A stretch of 37,668 nt of DNA from Myxococcota bacterium (GTDB taxonomy: Bacteria; Myxococcota; XYA12-FULL-58-9; JALHOP01): positions 1 to 37,668 of the forward strand of contig JBGGMJ010000100.1 of assembly GCA_041288095.1 (NCBI GenBank). The letters run 5' to 3'. The notes beneath the pieces are model-generated. The model was given only the letters and a program-made list of their open reading frames with translations, ran no database searches and was not told the origin of the DNA. Of the stretch, positions 16,435-25,288 are shown piece by piece (the stretch's first letter is position 1; each line of letters opens with the position of its first letter). A program made the position numbers and the translations under genes.

Positions 16435-19400
16435 GTGAAGGCCTACGCGAGCTTTCGAGAGCGCGCCCTCCACGAGAGCCAGCGCTACGGGGACGATCCC
16501 TACGTGTTTTTGCGCGAGCTCGTGCAAAACGCTCGGGACGCCGGCGCACGCCTCGTTCGGGTCAACGTGTCGGTCGAGGCCGGGCGCGCTCGCATCGTCT
16601 TCGAGGACGATGGCAGCGGCATGACCTTCAAGCACGCGAAGGGCTACCTCTTCCGGCTGTACGCCAGCAGCAAAGAGAACCAGGCTGATGCCGTCGGTCA
16701 CTTCGGCGTCGGCTTCTGGTCGGTGCTGCGCTGGACACCCGAGAGCTTGCGCATCGAGTCGCGCACTGGTGACTCCGAGGGAGCTACCGACGCCTGGGGT
16801 GTCGAGCTCGATGCGTCGCTCTCGAAGGTCACCGACGTGCGCTGCGCTTTGTCGTCCGGCGGGACGCGCATCGTCATGGAGCGCGCCACCCGGGACGACG
16901 ATCTCGTAAACCTCGCGCGGACGGTGCGCGAGCGCCTGGCGTACTACTGCCGCTACGTGCGGGTGCGCGGCGGCAAGGAACGCCTGCACCTCTGGTGCAA
17001 CGGCGAGCGTGTCGATCGCGAGCTCGACGTCGCGTCCGTCATGGAAGACAGCGGCAGCGAGGCCACGCTGGCGATGAGCTTCTCGAGCGCGGGTGCCGCC
17101 GGCATCGTTGCGCTCGCCGCGACGCCGAAGGTGCAGCTCTACGCACGCGGTCTCTTGGTGAGCGAAGCCACCGTGCTCGATGAGCTCGACGGTGCCGCTA
17201 GCGGCCGGCGTGACGGCTTCGGGACCAGCGGCCTCGCGCCGGTGGTCGTCCTCAACTCCGATCGGCTCGACGTCGTGTTGTCGCGACGCAAGGCACGCGA
17301 CAGTCGCGAGCTACGGCGTCTCATGCGCTTGGCGCGCGCGCGGCTCGATCGCTTGGTGAGCCATGCCGTCGACGGAGTCGTCGAGCGTAGCTTCCTCGAC
17401 AAGACGAGCGATGCCATCGCCGAGGGTGTGCGTGCCCTGGGTGGCGGTCTCGCCGTCGCGGTGCTCGCGGTTTGGCTTCTGGTCATTGCCGCCGGCGCCC
17501 TCGCGGCGCTCTTGTTGTGGCGCGGGCCGCAAGGTGGGGCAGGGGAGCGGCCGGTCATGACCGTCGTGCGTGGACCGACAGCGGCCGCCGCCGACGGCTA
17601 TCGCGGCGAGGCAGCTCCAGTGGTCGGTTCGAGCGACGTCGCCGCGCTCACCGGGGGCTCGCGTCCCGTCGGCAACATCGTTGGCTATGGCGGAGCGATC
17701 GTCGACGTCCCCGACACCTACGGGCCGACGTGGAGCTTCGGCTATCGCGGACCGTCGCGCGTCTTCTTCAAGGCCCTGACTCTCGACCGCTACGAGTCGG
17801 GGCACGGCTTCGTGCGGCGTGAGCTGCCGATTACCGGCCCCTATCAAGGCGTTGCCTGTGGCCGTGGCGCGCGCACCTGCATCGACGTCGTCACGCAAGT
17901 CGTCGCCAACGACACACCGTTCGTGCTGCCCGTGCCCACGGGCCATGGCGTGGTCGATCACAGCGTCACCATCGACGGCGCGCCGCAGGAGCTGTCCACC
18001 AACGCGGTTGGCGAGGCGCTCCTGCGTCTCGAGTCTGGGCGGCGCGGCACCCTGCGCTACCAGGTCGCGCCCGCGGCCGCTGCGGCGGAAAGCCCACCCT
18101 TGCCCGCGCCGCTCACTTTGGGAGAGCCCTGGGACAGCTTGCTCGCGCGCGCCGTGAAGCTGCCCGTACATCGCCGCGTGGAGATGGTGACGAGCACCGT
18201 CCGCGATACCATCCGCTATGACGTAACGCCGGTGACCGCCGCGATGTTCGCTCATGCGCACGGGGAATGGCATGCGCGCGTCATCGCCGTGGGCGCGGGT
18301 GACTGCGACGTCAAGAACGGCTTGAACGCATTGTTGCTCCGCCAGCTCGGCGTCGATGCGCGCCTCGCCATCGGCATCGCCGGCGAAGACGGCGCGGCGA
18401 GGCCTAGCCTGCACGCCTGGACCGAGTATCTTGCCGGTGGGCGCTGGCACGTGATCGATGCAACCGGCCAGCCCGCGGCCTTCGATGTCGCGGCGGAGCG
18501 CGCGAAGGAGCTCGCCATGCGCCGCGCGGGCGGCGACCCGGCCGTGGTCGCCGTGGGAGTCCCGAGCGCGGCTGATGCTCCGTCGCGCCGCAAAGGCGAG
18601 ACGCGGCACGAGCGCCGGACGGTCGTCTCCCCCGACGCGTCGTCGCGTGCCGAGCCGCCACCGACTCTGCCAGTCGCCGAGGCCATCAGCGCGCCGCAAC
18701 CGAGTCTTGCGATGTCTCCAGCCGCCACCGCGGCGCCTCCAGCCGAGCCACGGAGCCGCTGGCTCGCGCGCCTCGACGCATGGTTCGATCGCATCTATGC
18801 CGTCACCGAGACCGTCCCGCGGCGCGCCTCATGGGCCGCGATCGCCGCCATCGGCTTGCTCGCGAGCGTCATGGTCATCGCGCGCAGTCGCGTGCGTGAG
18901 CGCCTGGTGAACGACGGTCCGCGCGACTCGCGTCGCGAAGCCCTCGCCAAGATGGTTCACGATATGCTGACGCAGCCGCACGCTTGGCGTGGTGTCGGCA
19001 GAGCCTGGCACCAACGCCTGCTGCCGGTGTTGTCGGGCCGGCCGATGAGTCTCGAGGAAGCGCTGCGGCGCGCCCGCGACAATGTCCTGTTCGTGTCGCG
19101 GTCGCGCTCCAAGCTCGCCGACGCGGCGGCGCGCTGCGGGACACCGGTGCTCGACGCCGCCGACCCGTTCTTCGGCAAGGTCGTCGTGCCGCTGTTGCGG
19201 ACAGTCGATCTCGACAACATCGAGCCGCTCCTCGGCATGCCTGACACGCCGACGTCCCCGCACCGGGGTCTGACCCGCGCCAACGCGGTGCTCGCCGAGG
19301 CGAAGGCGGACGTGTGCTTCGTTTTGGCGGAGGCGCTGCACGATGCACCCCTGCGGGATGTCGACCTGACGCGGGTCCGTCTGCCCAAGGGCATCAGGGC

Positions 19401-19605
19401 GCCGCGTCGCTTCATCGCCGTCTCCCCCAGTCACCGCGAGGTCCGCGCCCGCCTCGAGAAGCTCGAGCGGGATCCCGAGCGCGGCGTGTTCATCTGGCTC
19501 GACTGGTCGGTCGAGCGCAGCGAGCTCCTCGCCGATCACACGAGCCGTGTACGTGAGTGCGCGGCCACCTATGCCGTCGACGTGCTCGGGGCTGGGGAAC
19601 GATGA
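16435..19605 (+). CDS. Hsp90/HtpG-like GHKL ATPase fused with membrane-flanked transglutaminase-like (Cys-His-Asp) domain
   Basis: GHKL motifs FLRELVQNARDAGA, EDDGSGM, SSK, GHFGVGFWS and GGTRI. TM ~17440-17520. TGase motifs GDCD, LLRQLGVDARLAIG, HAWTEY and WHVIDAT. Second TM ~18826-18882, followed by ~240 aa C-terminal region. Confidence 0.88.
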   Translation: MKAYASFRERALHESQRYGDDPYVFLRELVQNARDAGARLVRVNVSVEAGRARIVFEDDGSGMTFKHAKGYLFRLYASSKENQADAVGHFGVGFWSVLRWTPESLRIESRTGDSEGATDAWGVELDASLSKVTDVRCALSSGGTRIVMERATRDDDLVNLARTVRERLAYYCRYVRVRGGKERLHLWCNGERVDRELDVASVMEDSGSEATLAMSFSSAGAAGIVALAATPKVQLYARGLLVSEATVLDELDGAASGRRDGFGTSGLAPVVVLNSDRLDVVLSRRKARDSRELRRLMRLARARLDRLVSHAVDGVVERSFLDKTSDAIAEGVRALGGGLAVAVLAVWLLVIAAGALAALLLWRGPQGGAGERPVMTVVRGPTAAAADGYRGEAAPVVGSSDVAALTGGSRPVGNIVGYGGAIVDVPDTYGPTWSFGYRGPSRVFFKALTLDRYESGHGFVRRELPITGPYQGVACGRGARTCIDVVTQVVANDTPFVLPVPTGHGVVDHSVTIDGAPQELSTNAVGEALLRLESGRRGTLRYQVAPAAAAAESPPLPAPLTLGEPWDSLLARAVKLPVHRRVEMVTSTVRDTIRYDVTPVTAAMFAHAHGEWHARVIAVGAGDCDVKNGLNALLLRQLGVDARLAIGIAGEDGAARPSLHAWTEYLAGGRWHVIDATGQPAAFDVAAERAKELAMRRAGGDPAVVAVGVPSAADAPSRRKGETRHERRTVVSPDASSRAEPPPTLPVAEAISAPQPSLAMSPAATAAPPAEPRSRWLARLDAWFDRIYAVTETVPRRASWAAIAAIGLLASVMVIARSRVRERLVNDGPRDSRREALAKMVHDMLTQPHAWRGVGRAWHQRLLPVLSGRPMSLEEALRRARDNVLFVSRSRSKLADAAARCGTPVLDAADPFFGKVVVPLLRTVDLDNIEPLLGMPDTPTSPHRGLTRANAVLAEAKADVCFVLAEALHDAPLRDVDLTRVRLPKGIRAPRRFIAVSPSHREVRARLEKLERDPERGVFIWLDWSVERSELLADHTSRVRECAATYAVDVLGAGER

Positions 19606-21158
19606 CGACGCGCGACGCCAGGGAGCTGCTCTCGATCGACGTCACCGCCGAGATCAAGAAGCTCGGTACGCAGCAGCTGGCGACGCCGGTCGATGTCGTT
19701 GCCGCGGCGGCACGCATGACCATCGAGTGCGGGGCGCACGCTGTCGACGTGGTCACCCTGCGCTCCGGCACCAAGATCACGGCGCGTGGTGCGCGGATGC
19801 CGCTCGATGTGCATGCGCAGCTCGCGTGCATCCTCGATGCATCAGGGAGCAGCGACACTCGCCACGCGGCCCTGGTCGCCTGGGAGAACGACCGCCGTCT
19901 CGAGTGGCTCGCGGTCGTCTGCGCCGGTGACGTCGAGCTGCGTACGCAGTCCGAGGAAGGCACCGACGTGCTCGAGGTGCGTGACGCCGCCGGCCGCCAT
20001 CGCCGAACGAACGAGACCGGCGAGCCGCAAATGGTCATCGTCTTGCGCCGCACCCGCACCGGCGGCGATCTCGAACAGCTCACCCGCGTGTTCGCGTTCG
20101 CGCGCTTGCCGGTGACGGTCGACGGCCATCGGGTGAGCTTCGGGCTCGAGCTGCCCGAGGCGCTCATCGCCGTACCCATCGCGGGCGCGAGCTTCAACGG
20201 CGCCGTCGGTTTGCCGCGCGAGCCGAGCTTCGCCCGCACGACGCTGGTGCGCTCCGAGGTGGTGGACCGCGACGTGGTGACGAGCCCACTGCGCGGCCGC
20301 GTGCATGTCGCGGTGGTGAGTGCTCGCTCGCGCCTCCCCGACACCGCGGTCATCGAGCGCACGGTGATCGCGGCGCGTGATCAGCTCTACGACGAGCTCA
20401 AGGCGCGTTACGCGAAGCTCACCGGCGACGAGCGGGCAGCCGCCGCCGAGCTGCTCTTTCGCACCTGCGAAGAGCGCGGCGACACGGGCTTCCTCGATGA
20501 CGCGCGCATCATCGCGACGACGCGTGGCGACTTCGTGACCTTGACGACTCTGCGTGGCATGGCACGCGACGGCGTCTTGCTCGCGGCGGAGCCCGATCAG
20601 GTCGTCGACTCCGATCTCCGTGACATCGGGTTGCCGGTCTTGAGCCCTCGTGAGCGGGCCTTCATCACTCGCTTCGTCGGCCTGCGCTGCGTGACACCGA
20701 CCTATCGCAGCGCCGACGCACCGCTGCGCCGCCTGCGCCGCTGGTTGCGCGACGGTCTGCATGCGGCGAGCAAGAGCTTGGCGCAACGCGGCTTCGGGCT
20801 CGGCGAAGGCGCGGTGCTCGACGACGACGAGTTGCGTCCCGAGGAGCGTGTTTTCATGCTGGCGCTCACGGACCTCGTGGGGACCGGCCGCTTCCGTGTC
20901 CCAGGGACCTCGGTGGGTGAACGCGTGCAGATCCTGGCGACGTCGCGCGGGCGCTTGCCCGCGGCGGTGCGCCGTCGCCGCGACCGCTGCGTCGTCGCCG
21001 TGCCGCTGCGCAGCCTCCGTGGCGCGCGCTTGGTGCGGATGGTGGCTCGTGACCCCGCCACGTTGATCATCGCCACGACGTTGGTGTTCGGCGGTCAGGA
21101 TGGCTATGGCCGCGATCGCGGACGCGCTCGCGCCGCGCTCGTCAAGAACACACCCTAG
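19602..21158 (+). CDS. Degenerate (probably ATPase-dead) GHKL/Hsp90-like protein
   Basis: ATGA overlap with the upstream gene. N-terminus LSIDVTAEIKKLGTQQLATPVDVVAAAARMTIECGAHAVDV aligns by eye with the GHKL motif I region but lacks E/N. FARLPVTVDGHRV parallels LHLWCNGERV of the partner. Confidence 0.65.
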   Translation: MTTRDARELLSIDVTAEIKKLGTQQLATPVDVVAAAARMTIECGAHAVDVVTLRSGTKITARGARMPLDVHAQLACILDASGSSDTRHAALVAWENDRRLEWLAVVCAGDVELRTQSEEGTDVLEVRDAAGRHRRTNETGEPQMVIVLRRTRTGGDLEQLTRVFAFARLPVTVDGHRVSFGLELPEALIAVPIAGASFNGAVGLPREPSFARTTLVRSEVVDRDVVTSPLRGRVHVAVVSARSRLPDTAVIERTVIAARDQLYDELKARYAKLTGDERAAAAELLFRTCEERGDTGFLDDARIIATTRGDFVTLTTLRGMARDGVLLAAEPDQVVDSDLRDIGLPVLSPRERAFITRFVGLRCVTPTYRSADAPLRRLRRWLRDGLHAASKSLAQRGFGLGEGAVLDDDELRPEERVFMLALTDLVGTGRFRVPGTSVGERVQILATSRGRLPAAVRRRRDRCVVAVPLRSLRGARLVRMVARDPATLIIATTLVFGGQDGYGRDRGRARAALVKNTP

Positions 21159-21607
21159 GACCCCGGCTTCACGCTGCTCGCGGCGACCGCGTAGCCACCG
21201 CGCGACGCATGTTTCTCGACCTGCGCCAGCACCTCGCGCTCGCGCATGTAGACGTAGCCGGTGCACACCTGAGTTTCGTGCTCCCAGGCGCCGCCCTTGT
21301 CGAACTGCGCTTCGAGGGTGCGCACGACCGCGACTTCGTAGTCGGTAATAGCGAACACCCAGCGCTCGCGCATGGCAACGCCCATGCTCTCGTCGGCGCG
21401 GCTCACTGCCTCGATGCGATCCTTGGTCCGGGCGACCACGGTCCAGCCTTCATGGCGCACCAGCTGCTCGACGGCGGCGGTGAGATCGGCCCCGACTTGC
21501 GGGAGTGTGAGTGTGGGCGAAACGTACTGTTTGGCGCCGTCGAATTGGCCAGTGGTGGCGCAGGCGGCGGAGCTCAGAATGATGACGGCGGTAAGCAGGT
21601 GGCGCAT
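21155..21607 (-). CDS. Hypothetical lipoprotein
   Basis: MRHLLTAVIILSSAAC lipobox-like signal; 150 aa; convergent stop overlap (CTAG) with the neighbouring gene. Confidence 0.75.
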   Translation of the reverse strand: MRHLLTAVIILSSAACATTGQFDGAKQYVSPTLTLPQVGADLTAAVEQLVRHEGWTVVARTKDRIEAVSRADESMGVAMRERWVFAITDYEVAVVRTLEAQFDKGGAWEHETQVCTGYVYMREREVLAQVEKHASRGGYAVAASSVKPGS

Positions 21608-21798
21608 AGGTTCAAGCCCTTCGCCACCAGGTATTTCAACGGTCGTGCCGCCGCCGTTTTCGCTCTAGCGGGCTATTCGAGGCCGATCAGAGCCGTACGC
21701 GCGCGGGTTCGAGTGACCCAGAGGCGCGAGCCGCCAGCACTGGTCCGCAATAGAACACGAGAGAATTTTCGCCTCAGTTTTTGCCGGGCCGCGCGACG

Positions 21799-22722
21799 TC
21801 AGTCTTTTCCGAACTTGTCGAACGCCTCTTCGAAGCCGGGGTTGAGCTCGTCGAATTTGCGCTCGCCGATGGCTTCGCTCGCCAAGGTCATGTTGAAGCC
21901 ACCGATGGTCGTGGTCCCGATGGGGTCACCGGGCATGGCGAAGACACGGACGACATCGGTCTTCTTCTCACTGAAGCCGGCGGTGCTGGTGTAGTGCGCG
22001 ATGACCGCGACGTGCATGCCGGTGCGTGAGTGGAATGCTTCGACCTCGGCGGTGATGGCGCGGCCAGGAGTCGCGGCAACCCGCATGGCACCCAGCCATA
22101 CGTTACGCTGGTCATAGAGGCGAACCACCGGCGTCATGCCCAAGGCGCCGCCGGTCTCGCCACGAATGAGGATGCGCGTCTTGTTCGACTCGGCGCGCAC
22201 CTTGTCGCCCGGGTCGATGGCCATGCGGATGTTGCTCTTCTCCATGTTGAGCCGGTGGCTCGCGAGCTCAGAGCGGCTGGCGAGGACGTTCCAGGCCTCG
22301 GTCGGTCGGGCAGCCTGCCATTCGGGAGCGCTGGACGGGGCGCCGTGGCGGAAGGTCTCGACTACGCGATCGGACGTGGTGTCGAGGAGGCGGATGACCT
22401 CGTAGCTGGTGCCGCGGCCGGCGCGGATCTCGCGAACGGTCACCTGAACGGCGGCGATGGCCTCGTTGCGCGAGAAGCCGAGGAGCTTGGCGGCCTCCTC
22501 GCGGTAGGCCGGTCCTTCCCCTGGCTGATCGGCTGGATGCTCAGGTAGCTCGCCCTTGGGGCTCGCAAACCGCATCTTATGACGGTTTGCCGAGGGCTTG
22601 GCCGCGGTGGGCTTGGGCTTGCCGCCAACGTGCTCGACCCAGAGCGTAGGTGTAGGTTTAGCACCCACCAGGGCGGGTGTTGCAACGATGATAAGAGCTA
22701 GGAGGCGTGCGCGGGCGCACAT
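21799..22722 (-). CDS. Secreted hypothetical protein
   Basis: 307 aa ORF with a signal-peptide-like N-terminus (RARLLALIIVATPALVGA) and genome-like codon usage. No family recognised. Confidence 0.7.
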   Translation of the reverse strand: MCARARLLALIIVATPALVGAKPTPTLWVEHVGGKPKPTAAKPSANRHKMRFASPKGELPEHPADQPGEGPAYREEAAKLLGFSRNEAIAAVQVTVREIRAGRGTSYEVIRLLDTTSDRVVETFRHGAPSSAPEWQAARPTEAWNVLASRSELASHRLNMEKSNIRMAIDPGDKVRAESNKTRILIRGETGGALGMTPVVRLYDQRNVWLGAMRVAATPGRAITAEVEAFHSRTGMHVAVIAHYTSTAGFSEKKTDVVRVFAMPGDPIGTTTIGGFNMTLASEAIGERKFDELNPGFEEAFDKFGKD

Positions 22723-22793
22723 AAATTACCCCATTATCGACTTACAGATATTGTCGGTCGCAGGGAGGCGATGGTTGCGTCCGTCGCGCAAAT

Positions 22794-24746
22794 TTGGCTC
22801 TGGAGAGCCCGGGTGACGGTCAGGTCGTGAATGCCGTGACCACGATGGAGAAACTCAGGCGCCTGGCCAAGAGAGCCGGCGACGGCGTGGCCATGCCTCG
22901 CGTGGGCTTCGTATTGCTGGGCATCATCGCGGTGTCGGGATGGCTGGCGGTCATTGGGTTCTCGCTCGAGCCGTACCCTTGGTTCCGCCCCTGGACCATG
23001 ACCTGGGAGCTCGCCGCCTGTTTCTGCCTCGGCGCGCTCGCCAGGACCCTGGCGTTCCGCGTTTTCCGCGCCGTCCGCATCGCCCTCGACTCCGCCTTCT
23101 ATGTTGCCGTCACCTTCATCTGGGGCGCGGTGCCGGCGGCGTGGCTCATCCTCTTGATCATCACCGCCGACGCCGCGGTCCGTGTGCTTCGCGGGCACGC
23201 CGGGGTAACCGGGGGCAGGCGTCGGTTGTGGTTCTCGCTGCTTGAGCTCGCGCAGACCGGAGCGTTACCCGCTCTCGTGCTCCTGCTCCTGTCGGCGGCC
23301 TTCGGCATCGACGAGTCTCAGCCGTACACCGACCGCGCCCTCATTGTCTGGCTGCCGATCTTCTCGCTCGCCTTTCTCGTGGTGCACTACTTCTTGGCGG
23401 GCGGCGCGCACTGGTTTCAAGGAGCGCGCTCGGCCAAGCTCTTTCGCGGCTTCTTCTTTCGCGTTGTCATCGCCGAGCTGACCCTGGTGCCGCTGTCGCT
23501 CGCCATGGTGCTCGACTACCTGCACCACGGGATGTTCTTCTTCCTGTTGCTCGGTTGCACCGCGCTGCTCTTCAACTGGATCTTCCGGCGCGCCGTCATC
23601 ACCAGCGAGAAGCTCGATGAGCGCGCCTCCGAGCTCGCGACCATCAACAACGTCGGCCGCATCCTCTCGTCGAGCCTCGAGCGGCGCACCTTGATCATGA
23701 ACATCGCGAGCGAGACCGTGCGTCTCGTCGGCAGCGCCTCGCGGTTCGTGCTCGGTGCCTACGATTCGCGCCACGAGAACATCGTCGTCGACGTTTTTCT
23801 GCGCGGAGAGGCGCTCGCGGTGGAGCGTCGTGCACAGCGCGGCCGGGCCCGCGTCGAGCCGGTGCAGCGCGGCATCGTCCCGCGTGGCCACGGCCTCACC
23901 GGCTGGGTCATGCAGAACCGCCGCCCGCTGCTTTTGTCGAACGTGCCGGAGATCGGCGCGAGCTACGTCACCGACGCGGCGGAGCTGCCGCCCTGCGCCT
24001 CATGGCTAGGCGTGCCGCTCACCATCTACGACGAGGTTTTCGGCGTCATGGCGGTCGAGAGCGATGCGCCGAACGCTTACACGGGAGATCACTTACGCAC
24101 GCTGATGATCATCGCCGACCACGCGGCGGTCGCGCTCGAGAACGCACGCCTCTACGAGCTCGCCACGGTCGACGGTCTCACGGGGTTGTACGTGCGCCGC
24201 TACTTCGACCAACGCTTGAACGAAGAATGGCGCCGCGGCACGCGCTACGGGCAGGAATTCTCGATCGGCATTCTCGACCTCGATCATTTCAAGAGGCTCA
24301 ACGACACGTACGGCCATCAAGCCGGTGATCAGGTGTTGCGCGGCGCGGCCACGGTGCTGCGCGACAACATGCGCGGCGCCGACATCGCCGGCCGCTATGG
24401 CGGAGAAGAGTTCGCGTTCATCTTGCCGCGCACGACGATCGCGGAGGCCAAGCACATGGCCGACCGTATCCGCGGCGACATCGAGGCAATGCGCGTCGTG
24501 GTCAATGGCGAGCGTCTGCACGTGACCTGCTCCATCGGGGTCGCGGGCTATCCTGAGTGCGGCGCTCCGGACTCGACCTCATTGCTCGCTTTCGCGGACC
24601 AGGCGCTCTACGACGCCAAATCCCAGGGCCGTAATCGCGTTCTCGCCGCGCCGCACACCGAAATCATGCCGCCGCGGGGTGTGACCACAGAGGAGCGCTT
24701 GCGCAGCGAAGCGGTGACCCAGGAGATCCTGAAGCCGGTTCAGTAG
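22794..24746 (+). CDS. Membrane-bound sensor diguanylate cyclase (multi-TM + GAF + GGDEF)
   Basis: About 7-8 hydrophobic segments, a GAF domain (GLTGWV...SWLGVPL..GVMAV), DGLTGL, DLDHFKRLNDTYGHQAGD, I-site RGAD and RYGGEEF. Start uncertain (possibly ATG 22845). Confidence 0.95.
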   Translation: MALESPGDGQVVNAVTTMEKLRRLAKRAGDGVAMPRVGFVLLGIIAVSGWLAVIGFSLEPYPWFRPWTMTWELAACFCLGALARTLAFRVFRAVRIALDSAFYVAVTFIWGAVPAAWLILLIITADAAVRVLRGHAGVTGGRRRLWFSLLELAQTGALPALVLLLLSAAFGIDESQPYTDRALIVWLPIFSLAFLVVHYFLAGGAHWFQGARSAKLFRGFFFRVVIAELTLVPLSLAMVLDYLHHGMFFFLLLGCTALLFNWIFRRAVITSEKLDERASELATINNVGRILSSSLERRTLIMNIASETVRLVGSASRFVLGAYDSRHENIVVDVFLRGEALAVERRAQRGRARVEPVQRGIVPRGHGLTGWVMQNRRPLLLSNVPEIGASYVTDAAELPPCASWLGVPLTIYDEVFGVMAVESDAPNAYTGDHLRTLMIIADHAAVALENARLYELATVDGLTGLYVRRYFDQRLNEEWRRGTRYGQEFSIGILDLDHFKRLNDTYGHQAGDQVLRGAATVLRDNMRGADIAGRYGGEEFAFILPRTTIAEAKHMADRIRGDIEAMRVVVNGERLHVTCSIGVAGYPECGAPDSTSLLAFADQALYDAKSQGRNRVLAAPHTEIMPPRGVTTEERLRSEAVTQEILKPVQ

Positions 24747-25213
24747 GGCGTTCCATCCTTGCGCATGAAGCGCAGAGCGCCCCGTTCATCACGCGCGAGG
24801 CGCAGGTCGACGTCGGGATATTCGGCGCCGTCATTGGGGTCGCGATTGCTGATTTCGAGATAGCGCGCGGGCGTGTCGCCGCGGTTGATCAGCTGATGCG
24901 CATCGCGTTTGCCCGCGGGGAAGCCGGCCACGTCGCCCGCCCGCAGGGTTTGCTCGCCGCCCTCGGTTCGTAGGACGACCTCGCCCTCGACGACATAGAC
25001 GAGCTCGTCCTCGCGCGAATGGTAGTGGCGCATGGACGACTCCTTACCGGGCATCAGAGTCGTTAGATTGACGCCTATCTTGGTGAGCCCGAGAGGGTCG
25101 CCAAGCGCCCGCTTTTCACGCGGCAGCACCCGTGAGCGGAAGGGCTCGGGATACGCGGACGCGTTGCGTGGCTCGAGGGTCGTCGGATCCAGGGCAGGCG
25201 GTTCGAGGCGCAT
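24740..25213 (-). CDS. Cupin domain protein
   Basis: LGDPLGLTKIGVNLTTLMPG.ESSMRHYHSREDELVYVVEGE...AGFPAG..DAHQLIN..YPDVDL (cupin motifs 1 and 2). Confidence 0.92.
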   Translation of the reverse strand: MRLEPPALDPTTLEPRNASAYPEPFRSRVLPREKRALGDPLGLTKIGVNLTTLMPGKESSMRHYHSREDELVYVVEGEVVLRTEGGEQTLRAGDVAGFPAGKRDAHQLINRGDTPARYLEISNRDPNDGAEYPDVDLRLARDERGALRFMRKDGTPY

Positions 25214-25288
25214 GCGGGGTGCTTAACATGCCGGCCGGCACCGTGTATTGCGCCGTTGCCGCCCGTGCTCCACATTGCCGAAGCTTCG

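Noticed and set aside
16435..17400. Calling the gene htpG, mutL or a histidine kinase
   Set aside because: It lacks the HtpG FQAE/LYS start, the MutL GFRGEAL motif and an H-box. It is a divergent Hsp90-like GHKL, so no symbol was assigned.
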